Assembly (NCBI GenBank): GCA_030390025.1
Contig: JASTWF010000344.1
Span: 1-64,000, forward strand
Origin: Squalus acanthias
Taxonomy: Eukaryota
DNA: 64,000 nt
Reading direction: 5' to 3'
Shown here: positions 36,201 to 51,208 of the stretch, one piece after another
Layout: each line of letters opens with the position of its first letter
How positions within the stretch are numbered: position 1 is the first letter of the stretch
Made by a program: the position numbers and the translations under genes
The notes under the pieces: generated by a model
Database searches by the model: none
Told to the model about the DNA's origin: nothing
What the model saw: the letters and a program-made list of their open reading frames with translations, nothing else

Positions 36201-36420
36201 AGAGTCAGTGCCTGTGGAACCCGTACCCCAGTGAGAGTCCGTGCCAGTGGAACCCGTACCCAAAGTGAGAGTCAGTGTGTATGGAACCCGTACCCCAGTG
36301 AGAGTCAGTGTCTGTGGAACCCGTACCCCAGTGAGAGTCAGTGCCAGTGGAACCTGTACCCCAGTGAGAGTCAGTGCCCATGGAACCCATACCCCAGTGA
36401 GAGTCAGTGTGTGTGGAACC

Positions 36421-37794
36421 CCTGGTAATTATAGGCCGGTTAGTCTTACTTCGGTGGTTGGTAAGATAATGGAAAAGGTCCTGAGGGATAGGATTTATGA
36501 CCATTTGGAAAGATGCAACTTAATCCGGGATAGTCAACACGGATTCGTGAAGGGTAAGTCTTGCCTAACAAATTTGATTGAATTCTTTGAGGAGGTAACT
36601 AAGTGTGTAGATGAAGGTAGAGCAGTTGATGTCGTATACATGGATTTTAGTAAGGCGTTTGGTAAGGTTCCCCATGGTCGGCTCATGAAGAAAGTAAGGA
36701 GTTGTGGGATAGAGGGAAATTTGGCCGATTGGATAAGTAACTGGCTACCTCATAGAAGGCAGAGGGTGGTGGTGGATGGAAAATTTTCGGACTGGAGACC
36801 AGTTACCAGCGGTGTGCCACAGGGGTCGGTGCTGGGTCCTCTGCTGTTTGTGATTTTTATCAATGACTTGGAGGAGGGGACTGAAGGGTGGATCAGTAAA
36901 TTTGCTGATGACACCAAGATTGGTGGAGTAGTGGATGAGGTGGAGGGCTGTTGTAGGCTGCAAAGAGACATTGATAGGATGCAGAACTGGGCCGAAAAAT
37001 GGCAGATGGAATTTAACCCTGATAAGTGCGAGGTGATTCATTTTGGTAGGGCAAATTTGAATAAGGATTACAGGGTCAACGGCAGGGTTCTGAGGAACGT
37101 GGAGGAACAGAGGGATCTGGGGGTTCATATCCACAGATCTCTGAAGGTTGCCACTCAAGTGGATAGAGCAGTAAAGAAGGCCTATAGTGTGTTAGCGTTT
37201 ATTAACAAGGGGTTTGAGTTTAAGAACCGTGAGGTTATGCTGCAACTGTACAGGACCTTGGTGAGACCACATTTGGAATATTGTGTGCAGTTCTGGTCAC
37301 CTCACTATAGGAAGGACGTGGAAGCATTGGAAAGAGTGCAAAGGAGATTTACCAGGATGCTGCCTGGTTTGGGGGGGAGGTCTTATGAGGAAAGATTGAG
37401 GGAGCTAGGGCTTTTCTCTTTAGAGCGGAGGAGGATGAGAGGCGACTTAATAGAGGTTTATAAGATGATGAGGGGGATAGATAGAGTGGATGTTCAGAGA
37501 CTATTTCCTCGGGTAGAGGCAGCTGTTACAAGGGGGCATAACTATAAGGTGCATGGGGGGAGATATAGAAGGGATGTCCGAGGTAGATTCTTTACTCAGA
37601 GAGTGGTTGGGGTGTGGAATGGACTGCCTGCTGTGATAGTGGAGTCGGACACTTTAGGAACTTTCAAGCGGTTATTGGATAAGCACATGGAGCACACCAG
37701 AATGATAGGGAGTGGGATAGCTTAATCTTGGTTTCGGACAATGCTCGGCACAACACCGAGGGCCGAAGGGCCTGTACTGTTCTATGTTCTATGT
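36421..37794 (+). mobile_element. 5'-truncated CR1 LINE, copy 1
   Basis: PGNYRPVSLTS..FADD..RPHLEY, open to 37725; (ttctatg)n tail. Confidence 0.95.
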
Positions 37795-39349
37795 AACCCG
37801 TACCCCAGTGAGAGTCAGTGCCCGTGGAACCCGTACCCCAGTGAGAGTCAGTGCCCGTGGAACCCGTACCCCAGTGAGAGTCAGTGCCCGTGGAACCCGT
37901 ACCCCAGTGAGAGTCAGTGCCTGTGGAACCCGTACCCCAGTGAGAGTCAGTGCCAGTGGAACCCGTACCCCAGTGAGAGTCAGTGTGTATGGAACCCGTA
38001 CCCCAGTGAGAGTCAGTGTCTGTGGAACCCGTACCCCAGTGAGAGTCAGTGTCTGTGGAACCCGTACCCCAGTGAGAGTCAGTGTGTGTGGAACCCGTAC
38101 CCCAGTGAGAGTCAGTGTCTGTGGAACCCGTACCCCAGTGAGAGTCTGTGTCTGTGGAATCCATACCCCAGTGAGAGTCAGTGTCTGTGGAAGCCGTACC
38201 CCAGTGAGAGTCAGTGCCAGTGGAACCCGTACCCCAGTGAGAGTCAGTGTCTGTGGAACCAGTACCCCAGTGAGAGTCAGTGTCTCTGGAACCCATACCC
38301 CAGTGAGAGTCAGTGTCTGTGGGATCCGTACCCCAGTGAGAGTCAGTGTGTATGGGACCCGTACCCCAGTGAGAGCCAGTGCCCGTGGAACCCGTACCCC
38401 AGTGAGAGTCAGTGTGTCTGGAACCCGTACCCCAGTGAGAGTCAGTGCCCGTGGAACACGTACCCCAGTGAGAGTCAGTGTGTGTGCAACCCGTACCCCA
38501 GTGAAAGTCAGTGTGTGTGGAACCCGTACCCCAGTGAGAGTCAGTGTGTGTGGAACCCGTACCCCAGTGAGAGTCTGTGTGTGTGGAACCCGTACTCCAG
38601 TGAGAGTCAGTGTCTGTGGAACCCGTACTCCAGTGAGAGTCAGTGCCTGTGGAACCCGTACCCCAGTGAGAGTCAGTGTCTGTGGAACCCGTACCCCAGT
38701 GAGAGTCAGCATCTGTGGAACCCGTACCCCAGTGAGAGTCAGTGTCTGTGGAACCCGTACCCCAGTGAGGGTCAAGTCTGCGGAACCCGTACCCCAGTGA
38801 GAGTCAGTGTGTGTGGAACCCGTACCCCAGTGAGAGTCAGTGCCCGTGGAACCCGTACCCCAGTGAGAGTCAGTGTGTATGGAACCCGTACCCCAGTGAG
38901 AGTCAGTGTGTCTGGAACCCGTACCCCAGTGAGAGTCAGTGTGTCTGGAACCCGTACCCCAGTGAGAGTCAGTGTGTGTGCAACCCGTACCCCAGTGAGA
39001 GTCAGTGTGTGTGGAACCCGTACCCCAGTGAGAGTCAGTGTGTGTGCAACCCGTACCCCAGTGAAAGTCAGTGTGTGTGGAACCCGTACCCCAGTGAGAG
39101 TCAGTGTGTGTGGAACCCGTACCCCAGTGAGAGTCAGTGCCTGTGGAACCCGTACCCCAGTGAGAGTCCGTGCCAGTGGAACCCGTACCCAAAGTGAGAG
39201 TCAGTGTGTATGGAACCCGTACCCCAGTGAGAGTCAGTGTCTGTGGAACCCGTACCCCAGTGAGAGTCAGTGCCAGTGGAACCTGTACCCCAGTGAGAGT
39301 CAGTGCCCATGGAACCCATACCCCAGTGAGAGTCAGTGTGTGTGGAACC

Positions 39350-40723
39350 CCTGGTAATTATAGGCCGGTTAGTCTTACTTCGGTGGTTGGTAAGATAATG
39401 GAAAAGGTCCTGAGGGATAGGATTTATGACCATTTGGAAAGATGCAACTTAATCCGGGATAGTCAACACGGATTCGTGAAGGGTAAGTCTTGCCTAACAA
39501 ATTTGATTGAATTCTTTGAGGAGGTAACTAAGTGTGTAGATGAAGGTAGAGCAGTTGATGTCGTATACATGGATTTTAGTAAGGCGTTTGGTAAGGTTCC
39601 CCATGGTCGGCTCATGAAGAAAGTAAGGAGTTGTGGGATAGAGGGAAATTTGGCCGATTGGATAAGTAACTGGCTACCTCATAGAAGGCAGAGGGTGGTG
39701 GTGGATGGAAAATTTTCGGACTGGAGACCAGTTACCAGCGGTGTGCCACAGGGGTCGGTGCTGGGTCCTCTGCTGTTTGTGATTTTTATCAATGACTTGG
39801 AGGAGGGGACTGAAGGGTGGATCAGTAAATTTGCTGATGACACCAAGATTGGTGGAGTAGTGGATGAGGTGGAGGGCTGTTGTAGGCTGCAAAGAGACAT
39901 TGATAGGATGCAGAACTGGGCCGAAAAATGGCAGATGGAATTTAACCCTGATAAGTGCGAGGTGATTCATTTTGGTAGGGCAAATTTGAATAAGGATTAC
40001 AGGGTCAACGGCAGGGTTCTGAGGAACGTGGAGGAACAGAGGGATCTGGGGGTTCATATCCACAGATCTCTGAAGGTTGCCACTCAAGTGGATAGAGCAG
40101 TAAAGAAGGCCTATAGTGTGTTAGCGTTTATTAACAAGGGGTTTGAGTTTAAGAACCGTGAGGTTATGCTGCAACTGTACAGGACCTTGGTGAGACCACA
40201 TTTGGAATATTGTGTGCAGTTCTGGTCACCTCACTATAGGAAGGACGTGGAAGCATTGGAAAGAGTGCAAAGGAGATTTACCAGGATGCTGCCTGGTTTG
40301 GGGGGGAGGTCTTATGAGGAAAGATTGAGGGAGCTAGGGCTTTTCTCTTTAGAGCGGAGGAGGATGAGAGGCGACTTAATAGAGGTTTATAAGATGATGA
40401 GGGGGATAGATAGAGTGGATGTTCAGAGACTATTTCCTCGGGTAGAGGCAGCTGTTACAAGGGGGCATAACTATAAGGTGCATGGGGGGAGATATAGAAG
40501 GGATGTCCGAGGTAGATTCTTTACTCAGAGAGTGGTTGGGGTGTGGAATGGACTGCCTGCTGTGATAGTGGAGTCGGACACTTTAGGAACTTTCAAGCGG
40601 TTATTGGATAAGCACATGGAGCACACCAGAATGATAGGGAGTGGGATAGCTTAATCTTGGTTTCGGACAATGCTCGGCACAACACCGAGGGCCGAAGGGC
40701 CTGTACTGTTCTATGTTCTATGT
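39350..40723 (+). mobile_element. 5'-truncated CR1 LINE, copy 2 (duplicate of copy 1)
   Basis: Same translation, truncation point and flanks, at an offset of 2,929 bp. Confidence 0.95.
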
Positions 40724-42254
40724 AACCCGTACCCCAGTGAGAGTCAGTGCCCGTGGAACCCGTACCCCAGTGAGAGTCAGTGCCCGTGGAACCCGTACCC
40801 CAGTGAGAGTCAGTGCCCGTGGAACCCGTACCCCAGTGAGAGTCAGTGCCTGTGGAACCCGTACCCCAGTGAGAGTCAGTGCCAGTGGAACCCGTACCCC
40901 AGTGAGAGTCAGTGTGTATGGAACCCGTACCCCAGTGAGAGTCAGTGTCTGTGGAACCCGTACCCCAGTGAGAGTCAGTGTCTGTGGAACCCGTACCCCA
41001 GTGAGAGTCAGTGTGTGTGGAACCCGTACCCCAGTGAGAGTCAGTGTCTGTGGAACCCGTACCCCAGTGAGAGTCTGTGTCTGTGGAATCCATACCCCAG
41101 TGAGAGTCAGTGTCTGTGGAAGCCGTACCCCAGTGAGAGTCAGTGCCAGTGGAACCCGTACCCCAGTGAGAGTCAGTGTCTGTGGAACCAGTACCCCAGT
41201 GAGAGTCAGTGTCTCTGGAACCCATACCCCAGTGAGAGTCAGTGTCTGTGGGATCCGTACCCCAGTGAGAGTCAGTGTGTATGGGACCCGTACCCCAGTG
41301 AGAGCCAGTGCCCGTGGAACCCGTACCCCAGTGAGAGTCAGTGTGTCTGGAACCCGTACCCCAGTGAGAGTCAGTGCCCGTGGAACACGTACCCCAGTGA
41401 GAGTCAGTGTGTGTGCAACCCGTACCCCAGTGAAAGTCAGTGTGTGTGGAACCCGTACCCCAGTGAGAGTCAGTGTGTGTGGAACCCGTACCCCAGTGAG
41501 AGTCTGTGTGTGTGGAACCCGTACTCCAGTGAGAGTCAGTGTCTGTGGAACCCGTACTCCAGTGAGAGTCAGTGCCTGTGGAACCCGTACCCCAGTGAGA
41601 GTCAGTGTCTGTGGAACCCGTACCCCAGTGAGAGTCAGCATCTGTGGAACCCGTATCCCAGTGAGAGTCAGTGTGTGTGGGACACGTACCCCAATGAGAG
41701 TCAGTGTCTCTGGAACCCGTACCCCAGTGAGAGTCAGTGTCTGTGGAACCCGTACCCCAGTGAGAGTCAGTGCCTGTGGAACCCGTACCCCAGTGAGAGT
41801 CAGTGCCTGTGGAACCCGTACCCCAGTGAGAGTCAGTGCGTGTGGAACCCGTACCCCAGTGAGAGTCAGTGTGTGTGGAACCCGTACCCCAGTGAGAGTC
41901 GGTGCCTGTGGAACCCGTACCCCAGTGAGAGTCAGTGCCTGTGGAACCCGTACCCCAGTGAGAGTCAGTGCCTGTGGAACCCGTACCCCAGTGAGAGTCA
42001 GTGTGTTTGGAACCCGTGCCCCAGTGAGAGTCAGTGTGTGTGGAACCCATACCCCAGTGAGAGTCAGTGTGTGTGGAACCCGTACCACAGTGAGAGTCAG
42101 TGTGTGTGGAACCCGTACCCCAGTGAGAGTCAGTGTCTTCAGAATGGGTTGAGGATTTTTTTCAGATATGACATTAGTTGTGACACATCCCCATCCGGAG
42201 CTGCTGGCTGTGTCCAGGGCCTGGGGCAGGACTGCCAGCTCCCCCAGTACTCAC

Positions 42255-42349
42255 ATGTGTCTCTGCGCCTGGACAATAGCATTTACGTCCTCGCGGTTCA
42301 CCATGCTCAACATCCTGCTGCAGAACACTCCCGAGGCGGAGGCCTCCAT
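42255..42349 (-). CDS. KXD1: KXD1 coding exon 1 (exon spans 42255-42360)
   Basis: tgtttgccag|gccggggaaggATG ... CAC AT|gtgagt; encodes MEASASGVFCSRMLSMVNREDVNAIVQAQRH(M). Spliced CDS 95+153+47+233 = 528 nt = 175 aa. Confidence 0.95.
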
Positions 42350-42416
42350 CCTTCCCCGGCCTGGCAAACACACAAAAAACTATCACACAGGGAGCAGACC
42401 GTTCAACCAGGAAGCA

Positions 42417-45400
42417 CCCACCAGTACTGTACCCCAGTGTTATACAGTGACAGACCTGTACCCACCAGTACTGTACCCCAGTGTTATACAGTGACAGACC
42501 TGTACCCACCAGTACTGTAACCCAGTGTTATACAGTGACAGACCTGTACCCACCAGTATTGTACCCGTTATACAGCGACAGACCTGTACCCACCAGTACT
42601 GTACCCCCGTGTTATACAGCGACAGACCTGTACCCACCAGTACTGTACCCCAGTGTTAGTGACAGACCTGTACCCACCTGTACTGTACCCGTGGTATACA
42701 GTGACAGACCTGTACCCACCAATACTGTACCCCAGTGTTATACAGTGACAAACCTGTACCCACCAGTACTGTACCCCCGTGTTATACAGTGACAGACCTG
42801 TACCTGCCAGTACTGTACCCGTGTTATACAGTGACAGACCTGTACTCAATAGTACTGTACCCGTGTTATACAGCGACAGACCTGTGCCCACCAGTACTGT
42901 ACCCCAGTGTTATACAGTGACAGACCTGTACCCACCAGTACTGTACCCGTGTTATACAGTGACAGACCTGTACCCACCAGTACTGTACCCGTTATACAGT
43001 GACAGACCTGTACCCACCAGTACTGTACCCCAGTGTTAGTGACATACCTGTACCCAAGAGTACTGTATCCCAGTGTTATATAGTGACAGACCTGCACCCA
43101 CCAGTGCTGTACCCGTGTTATACAGTGACAGACTTGTACCCACCAGTACTGTACCCCAGTGTTATACAGTGACAGACCTGTACCCACCAGTACTGTACCC
43201 CAGTGTTAGTGACAGACCTGTACCCACCAGTACTGAACCCCAGTGTTATACAGCAATAGACCTGTACCCACCAGTACTGTACCCCAGTGTTATACAGTGA
43301 TAGACCTGTACCCACCAGTGCTGTACCCCAGTGTTAGTGACAGACCTGTACCAACCAGTACTGCACCCCAGTGTTACACAGTGACAGACCTGTACCCACC
43401 AGTACTGTACCCCAGTGTTATACAGTGACAGACCTGTACCCACTAGTTCCCCAGTGTTAGTGACAGACCTGAACCCACCAGTACTGTACCCCAGTGTTAT
43501 ACAGCGACAGAGCTGTACCCCAGTGTTAGTGACAGACCTGTACCCACCAGTAATGTACCCCCATGTTATACAGTGACAGACCTGTACCCACCAGTACTGT
43601 ACCCCCATGTTATACAGTGACAGACCTATACCAACCAGTACTGTACCCGTGTTACACAGCGACAGACCTGTACCCACCAGTACTGTACCCGTGTTAGTGA
43701 CAGACCTGTACCCACCAGTACTGTACCCGTGTTAGACAGTGACAGACCTGTACCCACCAGTACTGTACCCCAGTGTTAGTGACAGACCTGTACCCAAGAG
43801 TACTGTACCACAGTGTTATATAGTGACAGACCTGCACCCACCAGTGCTGTACCCGTGTTATACAGTGACAGACTTGTACCCACCAGTACTGTACCCCAGT
43901 GTTATACAGTGACAGACCTGTGCCCACCAGTACTGTACCCCAGTGTTATACAGTGACAGACCTGTACCCACCAGTACTGTACCCGTGTTATACAGTGACA
44001 GACCTGTACCCACCAGTACTCTACCCGTGTTATACAGTGACAGACCTGTACCCACCAGTGCTGTACCCCAGTGTTAGTGACAGACCTGTACCCAAGAATA
44101 CTGTACCCCAGTGTTATATAGTGACAGACCTGCACCCACCAGTGCTGTACCCGTGTTATAGTGTGACAGGCTTGTACCCACCAGTACTGTACCCCAGTGT
44201 TATACAGTGACAGACCTGTACCCACCAGTACTGTACCCCAGTGTTAGTGACAGACCTGTACCCACCAGTACTGCACCCCAGTGTTACACAGTGACAGACC
44301 TGTACCCACCAGTACTGTATGCCCAGTGTTATACAGTGAAAGACCTGTACCCACGAGTACCCCACTGTTAGTGACAGACCTGTACCCACCAGTACTGTAC
44401 CCCAGTGTTACACAGCGACAGACCTGTACCCCAGTGGTAGTGACAGACCTGTACACACCAGTACTGTACCCCCATGTTATACAGTGACAGACCTGTACCC
44501 ACCAGTACTGTACCCCCATGTTATACAGTGACAGACCTGTACCAACCAGTACTGTACCCTGGTTAGTGACAGACCTGTACCCACCAGTACTGTACCCCCA
44601 TGTTATACAGTGACAGACCTGTGCCCACCAGTACTGTACCCGTTATACAGAAACAGGCCTGTACCCACCAGTACTGTACCCGTGTTAGTGACAGACCTGT
44701 ACCCACCAGTACTGTACCCCCGTGTTACACAGAGACAGGCCTGTACCCACCAGTACTGTACCCCAGTGTTATACAGTGACAGACCTGTACCCACCAGTAC
44801 TGAACCGCAGTGTTATACAGTGACAGACCTGTACCCACCAGTACTGTACCCCAGTGTTAGTGACAGACCTGTACCCACCAGTACTGCAGCCCAGTGTTAC
44901 ACAGTGACAGACCTGTACCCACCAGTACTGTATGCCCAGTGTTATACAGTGAAAGACCTGTACCCACGAGTACCCCACTGTTAGTGACAGACCTGTACCC
45001 ACCAGTACTGTACCCCAGTGTTATACAGCGCCAGAGCTGTACCCACCAGTACTGTACCCCAGTGTTACACAGCGACAGACCTGTACCCCAGTGGTAGTGA
45101 CAGACCTGTACACACCAGTACTGTACCCCCATGTTATACAGTGACAGACCTGTACCCACCAGTACTGTACCCCCATGTTATACAGTGACAGACCTGTACC
45201 AACCAGTACTGTACCCTGGTTAGTGACAGACCTGTACCCACCAGTACTGTACCCCCATGTTATACAGTGACAGACCTGTGCCCACCAGTACTGTACCCGT
45301 TATACAGAAACAGGCCTGTACCCACCAGTACTGTACCCGTGTTAGTGACAGACCTGTACCCACCAGTACTGTACCCCCGTGTTACACAGAGACAGGCCTG

Positions 45401-48400
45401 TACCCACCAGTACTGTACCCCAGTGCTATACAGTGACAGACCTGTACCCACCAGTACTGTACCCGTGACACAGTGACAGACCTGTACTCACCAGTACTGT
45501 ACCCCCGTGTTATACAGTGACAGACCTGTACCAACCAGTGCTGTATCCCCGTGTTAGTGACAGACCTGTACCCACCAGTACTGTACCCCAGTGTTATACA
45601 GTGACAGACCTGTGCCCACCAGTACTGTACCCCAGTGTTATACAGTGACAGACCTGTACCCACCAGTACTGTACCCCAGTGTTATACAGTGACAGACCTG
45701 TACCCACCAGTACTGTACCCCAGTGTTATACAGCAACAGACCTGTACCCACCAGTACTGTATCCCAGTGTTACACAGCGACAGACCTGTACCCCAGTGTT
45801 AGTGACAGACCTGTACCCACCAGTACTGTACCCCCATGTTATACAGTGACAGACCAGTACCCACCAGTACTGTACCCCCGTGTTACACAGCGACAGACCT
45901 GTACCCACCAGTACTGTACCCCAGTGTTAGTGACAGACCTGTACCCAAGAGTACTGTACCACAGTGTTATATAGTGACAGACCTGCACCCACCAGTGCTG
46001 TACCCGTGTTATACAGTGACAGACTTGTACCCACCAGTACTGTACCCCAGTGTTATACAGTGACAGACCTGTGCCCACCAGTACTGTACCCCAGTGTTAT
46101 ACAGTGACAGACCTGTACCCACCAGTACTGTACCCTGGTTAGTGACAGACCTGTACCCACCAGTACTGTACCCCCATGTTATACAGTGACAGACCTGTGC
46201 CCACCAGTACTGTACCCGTTATACAGAAACAGGCCTGTACCCACCAGTACTGTACCCCAGTGCTATACAGTGACAGACCTGTACCCACCAGTACTGTACC
46301 CGTGACACAGTGACAGACCTGTACTCACCAGTACTGTACCCCCGTGTTATACAGTGACAGACCTGTACCAACCAGTGCTGTATCCCCGTGTTAGTGACAG
46401 ACCTGTACCCACCAGTACTGTACCCCAGTGTTATACAGTGACAGACCTGTGCCCACCAGTACTGTACCCCAGTGTTATACAGTGACAGACCTGTACCCAC
46501 CAGTACTGTACCCCAGTGTTATACAGTGACAGACCTGTACCCACCAGTACTGTACCCCAGTGTTATACAGTGACAGACCTGTACCCACCAGTACTGTACC
46601 CCAGTGTTAGTGACAGACCTGTACCAACCAGTACTGTACCCCAGTGTTATACAGCAACAGACCTGTACCCACCAGTACTGTATCCCAGTGTTACACAGCG
46701 ACAGACCTGTACCCCAGTGTTAGTGACAGACCTGTACCCACCAGTACTGTACCCCCATGTTATACAGTGACAGACCAGTACCCACCAGTACTGTACCCCC
46801 ATGTTATACAGTGACAGACCTGTACCAACCAGTACTGTACCCCCGTGTTACACAGCGACAGACCTGTACCCACCAGTACTGTACCCCAGTGTTAGTGACA
46901 GACCTGTACCCAAGAGTACTGTACCCCAGTGTTATACAGTAACAGACCTGTACCCACGAGTACCCCAGTGTTAGTGACAGACCTGTACCCACCAATACTG
47001 TACCCCAGTGTTATACAGTGACAGATCTGTACCCACCAGTACTGTACCCGTGTTATACAGTGACAGACCTGTACCCACCAGTACTGTACCCGTGTTATAC
47101 AGTAACAGACCTGTACCCACGAGTACCCCAGTGTTAGTGACAGACCTGTACCCACCAGTACTGTACCCGTGTTATACAGTGACAGACCTGTACCCACCAG
47201 TACTGTACCCGTGTTATAGTGACAGACCTGTACCCACCAGTACTGTACCCCAGTGTTAGTGACAGACCAGTACCCACCAGTACTGTACCCCAGTGTTATA
47301 CAGCAACAGACCTGTACCCACCAGTACTGTACCCCAGTGTTATACAGCGACAGACCTGTACCCCCAGTACTGTACCCCAGTGTTATATAGCGACAGACCT
47401 GTACCCACCAGTACTGTACCCCAGTGTTAGTGACAGACCTGTACCCAAGAGTACTGTACCCCAGTGTTATACAGTGACAGACTTGTACCCACCAGTACTG
47501 TACCCCAGTGTTATACAGCGACAGACCTGTACCCACCAGTACTGTACCCGTGTTATACAGTGACAGACCTGTACCCACCAGTACTGTACCCCAGTGTTAG
47601 TGACAGACCTGCACCCACCAGTACTGTACCCGTATTGTACAGTAACAGAACTGTACCCACCAGTACTGTACCCCAGTGTTAGTGACAGACCTGTACGCAA
47701 GAGTACTGTACTCCAGTGTTATATGGTGACAGACCTGCACCCACCAATGCTGTACCCGTGTTATACAGTGACAGACTTGTACCCACCAGTACTGTACCCC
47801 AGTGTTATACAGTGACAGACCTGTACCCACCAGTACTGTAACCGTGTTATACAGTGACAGACCTGTACCCACCAGTACTGTACCCCAGTGTTAGTGACAG
47901 ACCTGTACCCAAGAGTACTGTACTCCAGTGTTATATAGTGACAGACCTGCACCCACCAATGCTGTACCCGTGTTATACAGTGACAGACTTGTACCCACCA
48001 GTACAGTACGCCAGTGTTACACAGCGACAGAGCTGTACCCACCAGTACTGTACCCCAGTGTTACACAGCGACAGACCTGTACCCCAGTGTTAGTGACAGA
48101 CCTGTACCCACCAGTACTGTACCATGTTATACAGTGACAGACCTGTACCCACCAGTACTGTACCCCCATGTTATACAGGGACAGACCTGTACCAACCAGT
48201 ACTGTACCCGTGTTAGTGACAGACCTGTACCCACCAGTACTGTACCCCAGTGTTATACAGTAACAGACCTGTACCCACCAGTACTGAAACCCAGTGTTAT
48301 ACAGTGACAGACCTGTACCCACCAGTACTGAACCCGTGATACAGTGACAGACCTGTACTCACCAGTACTGTACCCCCGTGTTATACAGTGACAGACCTGT

Positions 48401-51208
48401 ACCCACCAGTACTGTACCCCAGTGTTAGTGACAGATCTGTACCCACCAGTACTGTACCCCAGTGTTACACAGTGACAGACCTGTACCCACCAGTACTGTA
48501 CCCCAGTGTTATACAGTAACAGACCTGTACCCACGAGTACCCCAGTGTTAGTGACAGACCTGTACCCACCAGTACTGTACCCCAGTGTTAGTGACAGACC
48601 TGTACCCACCAGTACTGTACCCCCATGTTATACAGTGACAGACCTGTACCAACCAGTACTGTACCCGTGTTACACAGCGACAGACCTGTACCCACCAGTA
48701 CTGTACCCATGTTAGTGACAGACCTGTACCCACCAGTACTGTACCCGTGTAAAACAGTGACAGACCTGTACCCACCAGTACTGTACCTGTGTTATACAGT
48801 GACAGACTTGTGCCCACCAGTACTGTACCCGTTATACAGAAACAGTCCTGTACCCACTAGTATTGTACCCCAGTGTTACAGAGAGACAGGCCTGTACCCA
48901 CCAGTACTGTACCCCAGTGTTATACAGTAACAGACCTGTACCCACCAGTACTGTACCCCAGTGTTATACAGTGACAGGCCTGTACCCACCAGTACTGTAC
49001 CCCAGTGTTATACAGTGACAGACCTGTACCCACCAGTACTGTACCCCAGTGTTATACAACGACAGAATATACCCACCAGTACTGTACCCCAGTGTCATAC
49101 AGTGACAGACCTGTACCCACCAGTACTGTAACCCAGTGTTATACAGTGACAGACCTGTACCCACTAGTACCCCAGTGTTAGTGACAGACCTGTACCCACT
49201 TGTAATGTACCCCAGTGTTACACAGCGACAGACCTGTACCCCAGTGTTAGTGACAGACCTGTACCCACCAGTACTGTACGTGTGTTATACAGTGACAGAC
49301 CTGTGCCCAGCAGTACTGTACCGCAGTGTTATACAGTGACAGACCTGTACCCACCAGTACTGTACCCGTTATACAGTGACAGACCTGTACACACCAGTAC
49401 TGTACCCCCGTGTTATACTGTGACAGACCTGTACCAACCAGTGCTGTACCCCCGTGTTAGTGACAGACCTTTACCCACCAGTACTGTACCCCAGTGTTAG
49501 TGACAGACCTGTGCCGACCAGTACGGCACCCCAGTGTTATACAGTTACAGACCTGTACCCACCAGTACTGTACCCGTGTTATAGTGACACCGACCTGTAC
49601 CCACCAGTACTGTACCCGTGATATACAGTGACAGACCTGTACCCACCAGTACTGTACCCGTGTTATACAGCGACAGACCTGTACCCACCTGTAATGTATT
49701 CCAGTGTTAGTGACAGATCTGTACCCACCAATACTGTACCCCAGTGTTATACAGCAACAGACCTGTACCCACCAGTACTGTACCCCAGTGTTAGTGACAG
49801 ACCTGTACCCACCAGTACTGTACCCCAGTGTTATACAGTGACAGACCTGTACCCACCAGTACTGTACCCCAGTGTTACACAGTGACAGACCTGTACCCAC
49901 CAGTACTGTACCCCACTGTTACACAGTGACAGACCTGTACCCACCAGTACTGTACCCGTGTTACACAGTGACAGACCTGTACCCACCAGTACTGTACCCG
50001 TGATATACAGTGACAGACCTGTACACACCAGTACTGTACCCCAGTGTTATAGTGACAGACCTGTACCTACCAGTACTGTATTCCAGTGTTAGTGACAGAC
50101 CTGTACCCACCAGTACTGTACCCCAGTGTTACACAGTGACAGACCTGTACCCAGCAGTACTGTACCCCAGTGTTATACAGTGACAGACCTGTACTCACCA
50201 GTACTGTACCCCAGTGTTACACAGTGACAGACCTGTACCCACCAGTACTGTACCCGTGTTACACAGTGACAGACCTGTACCCACCAGTACTGTACCCGTG
50301 TTATACAGTGACAGACCTGTACCCACCAGTACTGTACCCGTGATATACAGTGACAGACCTGTACCCACCAGTACTGTACCCGTGATATACAGTGACAGAC
50401 CTGTACACACCAGTACTGTACCCCAGTGTTATACAGTGACAGACCTGTACCTACCAGTACTGTATTCGTGTTAGTGACAGACCTGTACCCACCAGTACTG
50501 TACCCCAGTGTTACACAGTGACAGACCTGTACCCAGCAGTACTGTACCCCAGTGTTATACAGTGACAGACCTGTACTCACCAGTACTGTACCCCAGTGTT
50601 ACACAGTGACAGACCTGTACCCACCAGTACTGTACCCGTGTTACACAGTGACAGACCTGTACCCACCAGTACTGTACCCGTGTTATACAGTGACAGACCT
50701 GTACCCACCAGTACTGTACCCGTGATATACAGTGACAGACCTGTACACACCAGTACTGTACCCCAGTGTTATACAGTGACAGACCTGTACCCACCAGTAC
50801 TGTACCCGGGATATACAGTGACAGACCTGTACACACCAGTACTGTACCCCAGTGTTACACAGTGACAGACCTGTACCCAGCAGTACTGTACCCCAGTGTT
50901 ATACAGTGACAGACCTGTACACACCAGTACTGCACCCCAGTGTTATACAGTGACAGACCTGTACCCACCAGTACTGTACCCGTGATATACAGTGACAGAC
51001 CTGTACACACCAGTACTGTACCCCAGTGTTACACAGTGACAGACCTGTACCCACCAGTACTGTACCCCAGTGTTATACAGTGACAGACCTGTACCCACCA
51101 GTACTGTACCCCAGTGTTACACAGCAACAGACCTGTACCCATCAGTACTGTACCCCAGTGTTATAGTGACAGACCTGTACCCACCAGTACTGTACCCTAG
51201 AGTTATAC
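42417..51208. repeat. ~44-bp minisatellite with many length variants (~8.8 kb) in KXD1 intron 1
   Basis: Unit gtgttatacagtgacagacctgtacccaccagtactgtacccca, with shorter variants. Confidence 0.95.

Larger units (their letters stand above)
33418..42137. repeat. 33-bp minisatellite filling KXD1 intron 2, interrupted by two CR1 copies
   Basis: Unit ggaacccgtaccccagtgagagtcagtgtctgt. Confidence 0.95.

Noticed and set aside
36241..37725. 494-aa repeat-RT fusion ORF as a novel or domesticated reverse transcriptase
   Set aside because: Chance in-frame join of a stop-free repeat to a 5'-truncated CR1. It has a non-ATG start, lacks the endonuclease, and carries a D>G change in the KAFD motif.
33418..51208. 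Long repetitive ORFs (WNPYPSESQC, GTRTPVRVSV, TDSHWGTGS, VTDLYPPVLY)
   Set aside because: Translations of intronic minisatellites, open in several frames on both strands, with no start context or splice support.
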